The position numbers and the translations under genes were made by a program. The notes beneath the pieces are model-generated. The model searched no databases and was not told where the DNA came from. It was given only the letters and a program-made list of their open reading frames with translations. 64,000 nucleotides of DNA from Eledone cirrhosa. Its lineage: Eukaryota. Of the stretch, positions 25,856 to 38,977 are shown piece by piece (positions within the stretch are counted from its first letter, which is position 1; each line of letters begins with the position of its first letter). The stretch is from NCBI GenBank assembly GCA_964016885.1, contig OZ024746.1, forward strand, positions 83,762,001-83,826,000. Reading direction: 5' to 3'.

Positions 25856-26962
25856 AATATTTTACATAATCCAAGGAAGAGGGATAGTGCCCATAGCCTT
25901 TGTATTTCCATGTCTTTAGGGACAGTCTAAGCTGGGATGAACTTCCAGAGGATAATTTTTGTTTGGAGGAATAATTCAGTGAAGTGCTTCATATGGAATT
26001 GGTGGTGTAAGATATAGTGTGTCTGTTAGGAGTCAGAGAGGTTAGTGTATTTGTGGTACATAGCTTATACTAACTGTAGAAAAGACAGCAAGAAGAGACA
26101 GCACAATGGTGGGCTAATAGTTGTTGTATATTGGTGAGTGAAGGTTTATTAATCAAACAAATTGTCTTTCTTTTTATGTTATCTAAAACTTTTGGTGGTA
26201 TTTTAAGACAGGCTATTATTTTCTCATGCCTAAACACAAAATATATTCATGTAATTTTATTATTTTCATATAAAAACATGAGTATTATGATACAATTGAT
26301 AGCTAGAGTTACATATTCTCCATGAACATTAAAAGGATAAGTTGTAACCTATTTGAAACTAGAGGTCTCATACACATGTGCACTTGTGTGTGTGTGTGTG
26401 TGATACCTTCAGTGCACTCTGAATAAATACACACATACATACACTCACTCGGCTGAGTTTGTAGAAGGAATGTGTCATGCCAAATGTGTGCAAATATGTG
26501 TTTGTAAGAATTGACTAATATATACTGACACAAATGAATGTTTATGTGTACCTATATTTTAGCTTGCCAAGATTTTTTTTCCATTTTATTGCAAACGCTA
26601 TGAAATTTCACTTGTTTACCTGTATTGTGTGAACTATTTTGTTGATCGCATGACGGACATTGACACAACATTTTAGACTGTATAAAGTCGTTCAGTCTAC
26701 AAATTACTTTCCTTAGTCATCCTATTCTATTTATTTAAACCAGCTATTAACTCCTCACACAATGATTCATTTTGACTTGATTAGTTTACTAAACGTTTTG
26801 TTTTTCTTTCTTTGTCAATCAGAGCTGTTTTCTAATCTAGAAATATATTTTCCTTCTTACTCTCTTTTTTGCTATATAACCATGTTTTTTTAAATAGGTA
26901 CACTGTATCACTGTGTGCTGTAAGAGGCAATTAAAAATGGTTGGCATCAGGAAGGGCATTCA

Positions 26963-27029
<67 letters not shown>

Positions 27030-30000
27030 CTCAGAAATTGGTTGTGCTCACACCTGTAGTTGCTAGATTTAAAGGGCCCTAGATATACAACACCATCAGA
27101 ATTTACAGGTCCATTCATACATTTAATTCAAAGCCCTAATTTTCTACCTTTAGCAGTGTAACTCTATATCAGCTGGCAGATTGAGTAATAAGTTGAACTG
27201 AGAAAGCAACAGAACATTTGTGTGTTTGGTCAGTGTCTGTGAGTGGAATATATTTGAATGTATCAATATAGGAGTTCTATATTGATAATATTAGTGCTTA
27301 CACTTGTGCAGATTTTGTCGGCATCTTGTGGGATTGTATCTTATAGAAAGTTTCTTGAGTGTTACTATTTTAGTGGAGACAGGAAGTGGGATTTGAACAT
27401 AGAACACAGCTAGAACAGATACTGCAAGGCACCATCTGATACTCTAAAAAGTCTATTAACCTGGCACTCTGGATTAATATTTACTTATCGACCCCCGAAA
27501 GAATGAAAGGTAAAGTGATCTCGGCAAAATTTGAATTCTGAACACAGTGATCTGGATCAGATATTCTAACAATACTGATTTAATCAAAGATTCTCTAACG
27601 ATTCAGCAAGATTGCCACATTTTTATAATAGATGCTGCAAACTGAAAGAAAATATTATTGCAGATTGCTAGTAGTGAAATTTAGCTAGGTCAGAACCTTA
27701 TTCAAGATGATCTGATGTGAGGTAGTCAAATTTAATTTGAAGAAAGAGGTTAGTCCTACTGAGTAAAATAACAAAAGAACTTATGATGGTTCTGCAAGCC
27801 TATCCAAATAATGCTGTTATAAAAAAAATAGTATTAAGTTGTTAATTATGTTTTTATTGAGTATCCATAGCCAGGATTTATCTGAGCAAAGCCAGTGAGA
27901 AGGCATACTTGATCACGAAAGGAAAAGCAATACTTGTGCCTTTTTGCTGGTCTGAGACTGCTGAAAGAAAGACAGGGAAAAAGAATATGGTATATAAAAA
28001 CACTTATTTTAAAGTGTTCATATTTAAATTAAAACCATCCAAGTTATGTTCCTAAAGCCAAATTTATAATTAAAAAAAAAAAAAAAACTACTACTACTAA
28101 TTGCTTTAATGAATCCCTCCAAATTTTCAACTATTTTAAAAATTAAATTAATGTAAATGCAATCCCTACAGAGTACAGAATGGTACAACCAGTATATGAG
28201 TTATATAAATGTTTTTTTACTTTCTAAACATCATTGTTTTCTGAGAAGAAAATATTGCAGCCTGTGTCTAGTTAGTTATGTCTTCTTCTTCTTCAGTTTA
28301 CCTCTTGGTAACATTACAGTGGTACACTGACATTGGTTCACTCGATATTTTGTTAGATAAACATTTTTGCTTTAATCTTTTCATAACATTTTTGGCATCA
28401 AGCCTTATAACTACATAATAATCTTCTTTAACACCAGCCTTTATTATTTATGGTGCCAGCAATACTAGAGAAGTCTGTTGTAATCTCGCAGTCCATTCTA
28501 CTCAATGTTATATTACTGGGATGTCATCATCAGTTTAATTATTGGAAAGTGATTTGTTGGATTTAAAAAAAAAAAAATAAATGAAATAAATATTGATCAA
28601 GATGAAAGTCGGTTTGAAAATATTGCAATGAAATTGTAATATGTAGAGCAAAGAACAGGAGGTGTGATTGTTGGGGAAGATGGAAAGAGAAAGAATCAGT
28701 TAATAACTGAAAAGCAAGTAGATGCTTAGAAACAGCTTTTGTGACATCATCATCATTGTCGTTATCCTTTTTACATACACTTTTCCATGCTGGCATGTGT
28801 TTGACGGGATGTTTTGAGACAATATTCCTGGTGCCAACCCTTTTAGTCTCGTATTATGACAACATATGGATACAGTGTATCTTTTTCTAAAAACCAGAGT
28901 ACATATGCTATGGGGAGGAAAAAAATTAAGAGACTTCTCAAACATGTAAAACAGTCAAGCTTTATTTATCTATATATGTATGTAATCAATTTAAATGTGT
29001 GTATAGAGCTAGTAAGCCATGACAGACTAGGGGAAGTATCTAGTACTTCTTACAGTTGAGAAACAAAACAAGATAGACAGATATAAGTGAATATAGAAAT
29101 AAAAAAATTAAAATAGGGAAGGCCAGTGGGAGACAAAATAAGCATAAAACAATAAAGAAAAAATGAAAAACAAAGGAAACTGTAAATCAATTACAAGTTT
29201 TTGTTGTTGAATCTTTTTGTAACCTCCATGTACTAAAATATTTTGTTTATTGTTGGTAGATCTTTTACAATATATTGTATCTCCAATCTTGGTTGTTTTT
29301 TTAATAATCAGCTTCAAGATCTGTTCTCTCTCAGACTGATAGTTTCTACACTGTAACAAATAGTTCCAAAGAGTTTATGAGAAGTCATCACAGGAACATA
29401 GAGGTGATTCTCTATGACCTGTTTGTGATAAGATGTAGTTCAAAGGTATATGTCCACTTCGAAACCAGCATAGTCTTTTTTATTAACATTGCTCAGTGTT
29501 TGATATGTTTTAAATGTTGTCAGATCTGCTTGAGAAAGTGGGGGATTGAAATTTAAAACAATAACAGTAAACATGCACAGAGGGGGAAACAGAAGTTGTG
29601 GCATTCATGCCTTCTCCAAGTATATTAGCAAGGTGAAGTAGAACATGTAGAACATGGTGCTTAGCAGAAGTTTATATCTCAGCTCCACAATGCTCACGAT
29701 GTTAGCAAAGGTATTGTTTGTAAATTTTTATCTAGATAAGCAGAATTTTCCTATCTAAATTTCCTGAAATATATTAATAAATAAATAAAAACAAATGTTA
29801 AAATAAAATTAAACATTTCTGCCTATTAAAGATAAATGTGTCTTGCATGCTTCAATGCATTTATTTCAACTCAACTTGTCTTTTCAACAAAATATTTCTT
29901 TTCTTGCATCATGACATTATTTTTTTTTTCTCTTTAATTTTCTCCATTGCTCAGTTGAATGACAACTTGTGATGATTTCAATATTGGTTTATTCTTCAGC

Positions 30001-30467
30001 AATATTGTATTCATGTCAGTTTACACATTTATCTCACACATGATTAAGAAAATATCTTCAGGTATTTATAACAAGCCTACATGTCTGAATTATGAAATTT
30101 AATATTTTTTATTTCATTTTTTTTTTTTTTTTTTTATTCTAAAGAATATATTAAAGTGAAAGGAAAAAAAAAGTTGGGTATTTAAATTGTTTAGTTGACA
30201 GCTTGTTTGAGATTTGGGAATATTGTGTTAGCTAATGTATTAACATATGTACGTACACACAAACACACACATTACCATTCATTGTGTATAAATGCTTGCT
30301 TGTCGCATAAGCTTATTCATTGAATTTATGATAAATAATCATCTCCAAGATTAGTACTACAACTATCAGGTTTTTTAATAAATGGTTATTCTCCCAATCA
30401 CATTTATTGAAGAAACCTTTTATTCAAGACTATAGCAATATTCATCTGCAGCCTGACATGACAAAAA

Positions 30468-30742
30468 GCACTTGGTCCACCCTGTAAGGTGGTTGTGCTG
30501 GTGACGTGATGAAACAATACCCAGTCCAACCTACTAGTTGGTCATTTTGGTGCCATGATAAAAAGCATCCAATCCATGATGTAAGTGTGGTTGGCATTAG
30601 GAAAAGCATCCAGCTGTAGTAACAAAGCCAGAAACAGTTCTGTATGAGCAAGACATGGTCACCTTATCTGACTTGTCTCATTACGGGACAACTCGTCTAA
30701 CCCATGCTAACGTGGAAAATAAATGTTAAACAATGATGGTGA
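30468..30742 (+). mobile_element. SINE-like family B
   Basis: ggttggcattaggaaaagcatccagctgtag...cgtctaacccatgctaacgtggaaaataaatgttaaacaatgatg. Confidence 0.75.
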
Positions 30743-31149
30743 ACCTGGATTTTTCTAAGCAAGGAATCACTACAAACAACATAACTGGGCACAACAACAT
30801 TAACCACTGAGAAGAGCCGAAGAGAAACATTAGAAAAGGTGATCTTGCTAGTTGTATTTATAGAAGAAATTTAAATTTAACTGCAATTCAAACTGTGTTT
30901 GAATATTGAATCATATCCTTTTGACAGCAGCCAGTAATCTTTAAATATTAGAGTGCAATTATGAACCATGTTTTTGTTGATAATAAGACACACACAACCA
31001 CTGAAATTGCATGCTTTTAACCACATCAGAAAATCTGTAGAAAATGTTACAGAAGGTTATGTACAGCAATATTAGACAACTTTACAGCAACACTAACATA
31101 GATAAACAAAGTAGTTTATTTTGAACAAAAATAACCATATATTACCTCT

Positions 31150-31760
31150 AATTTTAAAGGGTATTCTTTTGCAATCTAGGAACTAGAAATATTAAAATAC
31201 TTTGATGCACAAAAGTGATAAGGATGCAGGTAAAAACACCTAGTTGTCACAACCAATGCAGACTGTGAAATTAGCACCAAAGATGTCACCAACATCATTA
31301 GCAACTGGCTGAATATGTCATCATGCTACTATTTATCCATGTAGTGGCCAAAACTCTATATAGTGCATTCTGAAGTTAAAAAAGTAAAAAGTTATATTGA
31401 TGTGGAGAGGGTATACTTAACTATACAAATATCTTGTGGAATGTTCCTGTCAACGCCCCTGTAAAAGATAGATATAACTGTCTAGACATAATGGTCTGTG
31501 ACAAAGGAAATAAAGTGTACACAAAACACAACAGACTAGACATGATGATTTGGGATATAGAAAAAAATGTGTGCACAGTAGTGGAAAATCAATTGTTCAG
31601 TAGACGTTAACATGATGTGAAAGCTAAAAGAAAAGATAAAAAAGACAACTATACTGAAAGCAAAAAATTGCAGATAATACACCTGGACTATCATATTAGA
31701 TTTATACCTGTGATTATTGGTGTTCTTAGTCATACATAACTGCCTCAGCACCAATCCTTA
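31150..31760 (+). mobile_element. degenerate RLE-type (R2/R4/NeSL-like) LINE C-terminal region
   Basis: Frameshifted remnants CRL.., DVTNIISN, VVAKTLY, WNVPV, HNRLDMMIWDIEKNVCTVVE, RFIPVIIGVL: zinc-knuckle and PD..D endonuclease layout. Confidence 0.6.
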
Positions 31761-32246
31761 GAAGTGGGGCTTCAAAACAAAAAAAGAAAAAGAAAAGAGA
31801 AAGAAAGGGCATGACTAAATATGAAGTTACAATTAGTTACAAGGACCAATCCCACTCTCTGAACAATGGTGACTGTTATCCAAAGAGAAGAACAGGTTAT
31901 CATTGGCTGCCATTGTGTTGCAGGTTATACATCCAAGTTTTCCTTCTCGTAGAATGATGTCCTAACAAGAACTAAGCGTCTCTCACTCCCAGTGGGCTAC
32001 ATACATAAATAAATACATGCATACATATATACACACGCATGTATGCACAAAATCAGACATAAGTAATTGTTGCTGTTTAAATCCTCATGAAAGAACCATG
32101 CCACAGTATTGTAAACTGGCATTCTCCCCATACTAGTGACATTTATAAATAAATCAGAAGAATGCATGTGCGCGCGCACACACACATACACACGCACACA
32201 CACACGCACACACACACACATGCATACACTTTTTAAAAAAGAATCT

Positions 32247-32465
32247 GAGTGGATTGGCAATATCTGTAGAGCATCAGACAACATGCTTTGCGGCATAGAG
32301 TTACGGCCCTTTATGATCTGAATTCGAATTCCGCCGAGGTTAGCTTTGTCTTTCAACCTCATGGGGTTGATAAAATAAAGTACCAGTAATGTACTGGGGT
32401 CGATTTAAGCAACTTTCTCCTCTCCTTCAAATTGCTGGCCTTGTGTCTAAATCAGAAACAATTAT
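32247..32465 (+). mobile_element. SINE family A, full length
   Basis: gtggattggcaatatctgtagag...gaattcgaattccgccgagg...aagtaccag...ggccttgtgtctaaatcagaaacaattat. Confidence 0.88.
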
Positions 32466-32500
32466 TTACAGAACATAATCCAGAGAGAAATATATAATTT

Positions 32501-32603
32501 ATAATTATTTCTACTTTTTGGCACAAGGCCAGCAATTATTCCAGTGTATTACTGGTACTTTATTTTATCGACCCCGTAAGGATGAAAGGCAAAGTTAACC
32601 TCC
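32501..32603 (-). mobile_element. SINE family A, 5'-truncated
   Basis: ggcacaaggccagcaatt...actggtactttattttatcgaccccgtaaggatgaaaggcaaagttaacctc. Confidence 0.85.
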
Positions 32604-32905
32604 ATAATGATTTTATTTTGTTGTTGCCTAATCAGAAGGTTTCAGAGTTACAAGGAATGTTCATGAGCTATTTGATTTGTGATCTTCATGCCTTTCCTAA
32701 GAATGTAAACAAAGTGGTGTATGATTTCAAACAATTATTGAAACCAGGTGACTGGCTCTGTATGCTGAAAATTTACCTATATAGCCTACAACTTTATATA
32801 GTTGTATGATAAGCATGATAGCTTCTTTGTGTGTGTGTGTGTGTGTATTTGCAGAGGTTCTTGCATGAAATTGACAAAAGTCTTTTTGACAAATGTAAAC
32901 ATTTT

Positions 32906-33185
32906 AAAATAAACAGCTTTGTATCATAAAACCATGGGTGGTTTTGGGTGGTTTGTTATAAAATATCAGCTTTGCATCATGGAACCATGGGTGGTTTTGG
33001 GTGGTTTGTTATAAAATAAACAGCTTTGTATCATAAAACCATGGGTGGTTTTGGGTGGTTTGTTATAAAATATCAGCTTTGCATCATGGAACCATGGGTG
33101 GTTTTGGGTGGTTTGTTATAAAATAAACAGCTTTGTATCATAAAAACATGGGCGATTTCAGGTGGTTTGGTATCAAAATGGTTAA
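32906..33185. repeat. 54/53-bp alternating tandem repeat ending in a piggyBac-like terminus
   Basis: Units start at 32906, 32960, 33013, 33067, 33120 (A-B-A-B-A'); ends ggtttggtatcaaaatgg-TTAA. Confidence 0.9.
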
Positions 33186-34924
33186 TGTTGAGTTGTTTAT
33201 ATTATATATTAATTCATTAGTTTAATAGAAAAATTGTGTATTAGTCTTGCTAATATAAATGGTACGTGGGCATTGGCTTCATTGATATTGCACTGGAACT
33301 AAATGGCAAGCAGTGACACAGATCTACGTGCATGTGAGTTTATGTGTCTGTCTGTTTCTGTGTGTATTTGAATTAATAACATATTTAGTAATATAATCCT
33401 GACTGGATAGTTTAATGAATCATTTTCCTTCATCTTGGTACAATCTGTAATGATATCAGATATAATTTATCTTGTCATAAACAATTACATCTTTCATACT
33501 GTCATGGTTATCACATCTTCAATTTTTAAGCATCCATTTAGTATAGAAACTGTTCAGCTTCATAAATATCATGCTGCTGCTGCTACAGGAATAAGGAAAA
33601 ATATCTAGTTTGTTTAAAGTGGCACTAGCAATTTGGTCTTCCATTTCCATTTCTTTAATATGTTCTTTATTTATATACACATTTAAATTTCACATATTCA
33701 AAATCTAGTGTTGGATCAAGCCTATTATTTTAGTAAATCAACTGTTTGATATGGCTGCCACTGGCTTATCTCAGTGGCAATGCCAGTTTCTCTATGGGGC
33801 ACAGATGAGATATACCACCGAGACTGGAGATGTAGAGTCTGACACTCTTTCCCCCTTCCCCTTTTTATTATCTAATTTTTTAAATACTATTTTTTTTTCT
33901 AAAGAACTTAAAGAGTAATGAAAATTCAAACTTGGCTTAGAAATATCTACTTTGTGATGCAGTTTTTGCGTTTCAAAATCTGTTTATAAACGAAAGTATT
34001 ATGGTTGAGTAATGACAACAAATTTGGGTTCTCTCAATATTTGAACTGTAAGAATGTGATATGCAATCAATAGACATGTTTGCAGCAATCTTTGAAGAAC
34101 TCCATTGATGTAAAATCTGAGTGAGTTGGATTCCTTTAGGTTATCACTTCATATTTCTTTGATTTGATTTTACTGTGTTTTTCCTAGTTTATTTTCATTA
34201 CTACTTTGTTTTCTATATAAGAATTTGATTATTTAGAATGTCATTAGGAAATGATTCATATTTGAATTTATGATACCTCCTACCACCAATGTTGATTATC
34301 TTGCATTGGGTGTTGTGGTTGTTTCTTATTTTTGTTTCTTAACTAGGCTCCATCTTGCTTTTCCTTGAACAGATTCTTAAGAGTTGATAAAGCTGAGAGT
34401 AAAGCCTGTTATTATGGGTTGTTAACCTTGGGTTACTTTAAGGAAATTAAATTTCTCCAGTAAATTGTATTAGTGGTCCAAACTATAAATCAATTCAGGT
34501 TATCGGTTTTTATTTTATTTCTTTTACATCATCACACTAATGCACACACATACAGATGTAAACATTACACACACTCATTCAGATTTACTCATACATATTC
34601 ATATATGTGCAGATGTATAAATACATACAAATGTGCACTTACATATAAATGCACACAGTGGTGTAATACACATGCACAGACACACAACACATACAGATGC
34701 TCATACACAAACACAGTTCAAAATTAAGCGTATCAGTTATTCTTCCACTTTAGAATTAAAGTTGTGTTGTCTTCACCCTCCTTTTTCATTACTTTAAAAT
34801 TTAAATGATTACATCATATAGTAAATTTGGTTTTAGTGTTCTTCTAAACATAACTTTGAATTAAAATTTTTTTTTTCAAAATGACATTTTTATTTATTTC
34901 GTTTTGCAGCTACTTGAATATATA

Positions 34925-35796
34925 TCACCATCATCATTATCATCGCTTTTACGTCTATTTATCTATGCTTGCATGCGTTGGACAGGTCCTTCTCAGTACA
35001 GCATCTCTCCACACATCGCAATCTTTTGTCATCGCCTCTGTGAGTCTCAATGATTTGAGGTCAGCTCTCACCACCTCTGCCCAGGTCTTTCTTGGTCTAC
35101 CTCTACTGCGACTTCCTTCAACTGGCATTTCATGGTACTTATTCACCCAACAATCATTGTCCATGTGCATCACATGTCCAAACAAACGCAGTCTTCTCTC
35201 CTGCACACCACCTCAGATTCCTCTTAAACTCAGCTGCTCCTTCAACTTGTCCAAGCTCTGCCTCTTTCCCACACTTACATTGCACATCCAATTGAGCATG
35301 GTTGCGTCTTTCCTCTCCAGTCTGCACTCACAGCCCATGTTTCACTACCATGTAGCATCACACTTTAAACACGACATCATAGTCATCCTTTTGTAAGTAA
35401 GGAGAAACCTTTTGTGCTCAACAGTAGAAATAGCTCTCTGAACTTTTGCCATCCTATCCTTATTCTAGAGCACCCTCCTCTATTGCTAATTACATTGCCT
35501 AGATAGCATAAGTTATCAATCACTTCTATGGGTCCTTCCTGTGACTGGAATAGGCTTACATCACTGGTTATCTTCCCCTCGGTTACTCTTGTGCATCTTC
35601 TACAAACAAAGTCTTCTCTTCCTGTTAGCTTTCCCACTACATCTCTTGTGTACCCAAGATTTACATTGTGTAGATTGTAAGGAGTTTATGCCTACTCCCT
35701 TTCTACATATTAAGCAGGGCTACTTTCCTGAAGGAATCAGAGTCCTATCTTCTCTCCTATTCACTAACACTTTAGTTTTAGCTAAGTTTACTCTCT
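34925..35796 (-). mobile_element. RTE (BovB-like) LINE 3' portion with PHD-like finger
   Basis: VNLAKTKV...PCLICRKGVG...CKSWVHKRC...FVCRRC; EVIDNLCYLG; RRLRLFGHVMHM; GRPRKTW. Confidence 0.9.
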
Positions 35797-36799
35797 TGAA
35801 AATGTTCATTTACATATAGTACGAATTTGGCAGGTTATAATTAATTTACAGTAGCACTAAGATAATTGTGCATAATAGGAGTGTATATGAAAGCATGTAC
35901 AATAAACATAGCCTCGCTATCAAAGAAAATATTCAATGTGCACAATCTTGCCTTGTTGTTGGTTAACAATTGAAGAAGAAACATATGGTGATTCTGAGAG
36001 ATGCTGTATATGTAGATGTTATTGTTAACATTATGAGAAGAAAAAAGATTGACAGAAGCAGTAGATCATTTGACTGAAATTGAAATATTTCATAGTATTT
36101 AGCTTATTAGGGACCACTTTACCTAATATCTCTAAGATCAGTACCAGACTTGTTTCATGTTAATTCAATTGATTGCACTATTTCTCTCTAAATTAGTGTG
36201 ACCTTGTGCCAATGTAAGAAATCCTTATTAATACATACATCTGTATGATTTTTCAGCTAAATTATAGGAGACAAATAAACTGTCCAGCTTAATGTCATAA
36301 TAGAATTTCTCTGACAAATATTTCACCTGCACTTCTATAGGTCAGCTGTTCAGTATTTTAGTCATGGAACCATTATGTCTCTTTTGAAAGGGGTTTAGCT
36401 GATGAAAAATGTTAGTGCATGCACATGGAATCAGCTTATATATGAATTTTAGCTATTATTGGAGTGGGGAAAGATCACCTGAAACACTGCAGATCAAACG
36501 AGTTAGTTAAGTTTTTAATAAAATATATAAATATCCAGCCATAAAAAGCCTACTAAACAAAGGGTCAGGAAGGCTCTTCAACTGTATCAAAGACATGATG
36601 AAATGTACTCGATAGTGCACAGGGTCATATGTGAATTGCCAACAACCAGCCTGTGTAGGCACTCAGTTGGGTGCAGAAATGTAAGCAAGGTGCAGTCTCC
36701 TGCTTCTCCCATTGGATCAGTGACTTCACTTTGAATATCAGCCTGGTCTGCTGACAACTTGTCCAACCATTGCTAGCAGAGAAAGCCATCTGCTAAACA

Positions 36800-37077
36800 A
36801 TAATTGTTTTTACTTTTGGCACAAGGCAAGCAAATGCCCAGTGCATTACTGGTACTTTATTTTATCAACCCCCGTAAAACAATAATTGTTTCTACTTTTT
36901 GGCACAAGGGCAGCAATTATCGTAGTGTATTACTGGTACTTTATTTTATTGACCCCATAAGGATGAAAGGCAAAGTTAACCTCGGCGGGATTTGAACTCA
37001 GTCCGTAAAGGGACGTAACTGTGCTGCGCGACCCTCTACCGATACTGCCAATCCACCGTTCCCCGTAAAACAATAAT
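36800..37077 (-). mobile_element. two serially inserted SINE A copies
   Basis: Truncated copy 36806-36874; full copy 36887-37060 flanked by the 17-bp direct repeat ccccgtaaaacaataat. Confidence 0.88.
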
Positions 37078-37134
37078 GATATATGTTTAGACATGCTTTA
37101 GAATATGTTAATCTTTCTTTAGCTTTAACTACCT

Positions 37135-37236
37135 TGCACAGCATCTCTCCACTTGTTCTTCATCATCTCCTTCATGAGCTTCAGCGATCTGAGGTCTGCG
37201 CTCACCACCTCCATCCATGTTTTTCGTGGTCTTCCA
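37135..37236 (-). mobile_element. RTE LINE 3' fragment
   Basis: GRPRKTWMEVVSADLRSLKL. Confidence 0.85.
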
Positions 37237-37243
37237 CACACAC

Positions 37244-37277
<34 letters not shown>

Positions 37278-38328
37278 TGAAGTTGACCACCTTTTCAGTA
37301 ATTCAAGTTTCCGACTGGAGAGGCATAAAAAAATAATTATGCATGTGTATACATGCACATGTACATGTCAGTGTATGCACTTGTATATGTATGTCAGTGT
37401 GTATTTATGTATCTCTCTATGACAGGATGTGCATCTATCTGTATGTGTAACTATGTATCTGTCCATAACAGTGATGATGATGATGATGTATGTGTGTAAG
37501 CGTGTATCTATCTCTTTATGACAAGGTGTGTATTTGTCAGGATGTGCATCTATTTGTCTGTGTTTAATTGTATGTAGCTGTCTATGTATTTGTATCAGTT
37601 GTATCACTTTATCTATCTCTTTAGATGTGTATATTTGTCTGTGTAATTGTGTGTGTTTCTTTGTATATGTTTATGCCTGTCATTATGTGTACATGTATGT
37701 GTGTGTGTGTATTTGTGTGTTTGGAGTTAGAAAGAGAGGATGGATAGCTTTCCTTATATTCCCCACCTCGTGACACACTTTTATTTTTCCTTCTAAATTG
37801 AGACGTGTTGATTGGAAACACTTGCAGTTGTTGTTTAACCCAGGTTAGTTTTCATTGAGCAGACGTGATGAAAAACTTCCAGTCGTGACTGTATACTTTT
37901 TTTATCAGGAGCTATATTATGTAATGTATCTTTCAATGTTACCAACTCCAATGCCGTGTGTGTGTGTGTGTGTGTGTGCGTGTGCGCGCGCGCGCGCGCA
38001 GAGAATCTTGATACAGGAAATTTGCACAGATGACATTTTTTAAATATATATATTGCACAGCTAACAATTCTTTTTGAAATAAAGACATTGATATTTAGAA
38101 AGAATAAATTTAGCTAACATATCATCGTCTAACCCATGCTAGTGTGGAAAATGGACATTAAGCGGTGATGATGATGATGATCATCATCAAATTTCCTTTT
38201 CAAAAGAAAAAAAGAAAAAATGAAACTGATCCTCTTCCCCCATCCCTAGATTTGAGATTATTATATATCAGTTACTGTGCTTAGTATTTAGACAGTTCTA
38301 ACTTCCTGTTTCTTCTTATGTTTTATAG

Positions 38329-38396
38329 GTCTCCCAGGCTGTCAGTGAAGATGATGCATTGATTAACCGAAAATTACCGAAAGAGTTGTTATTGAG
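38329..38396 (+). CDS. FBXL20: FBXL2/FBXL20-family F-box/LRR protein, internal exon (start of F-box)
   Basis: ttttatag|GTC...TTG AG|gtaagt; translates VSQAVSEDDALINRKLPKELLL(R), matching the family motif INKKLPKELLLR; 68 nt, phase 0-2. Confidence 0.93.
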
Positions 38397-38977
38397 GTAA
38401 GTCTGTGGAATAATAGTTTCCTCTATTCTCCTGATTTGAAGAAAAGTGCTGTTATTGTTGATTATTATGTGAAAGCTTCAACAACAGATATTTGACACAG
38501 TACTAACTAGTGGAACGGTTGGCAGCAAACTGCTGTTTCAAATATAGTGTTCTTTTATCAGGCCTGTTAAGTGTGCAGTGTGTATGTATGTCAGGGAACA
38601 TTGAGTCCAGTTTTTTAGACAGCATTTCCAGTTGCGAGGTTTATAATACATACATGCGCATTTACAGAATAAGTCTTTGCACAGTTTCTATCTACCAAAT
38701 GTAGACTAATATTATATCTTATTGCTTGATAAATTACTAAATTTAAAAAAAAACTGTTGAACATTCAAAGACATATTTAGTCTTAATATTTTCTGTTGTA
38801 TCTTACTTACACTAAAATGTTTGAGTTAAATATTTTGTCCAAACCAGATATGTATCAATTTGGAGCTCCTTTTCTACTTGTGTTTTTCCTCTAAAACCTG
38901 ACATACAGAAAGGTTCTGCAGGAGTTAAGGGCACTTTTCATTTTCTTATGACTACTTAATAAAGAAAAATATATATA

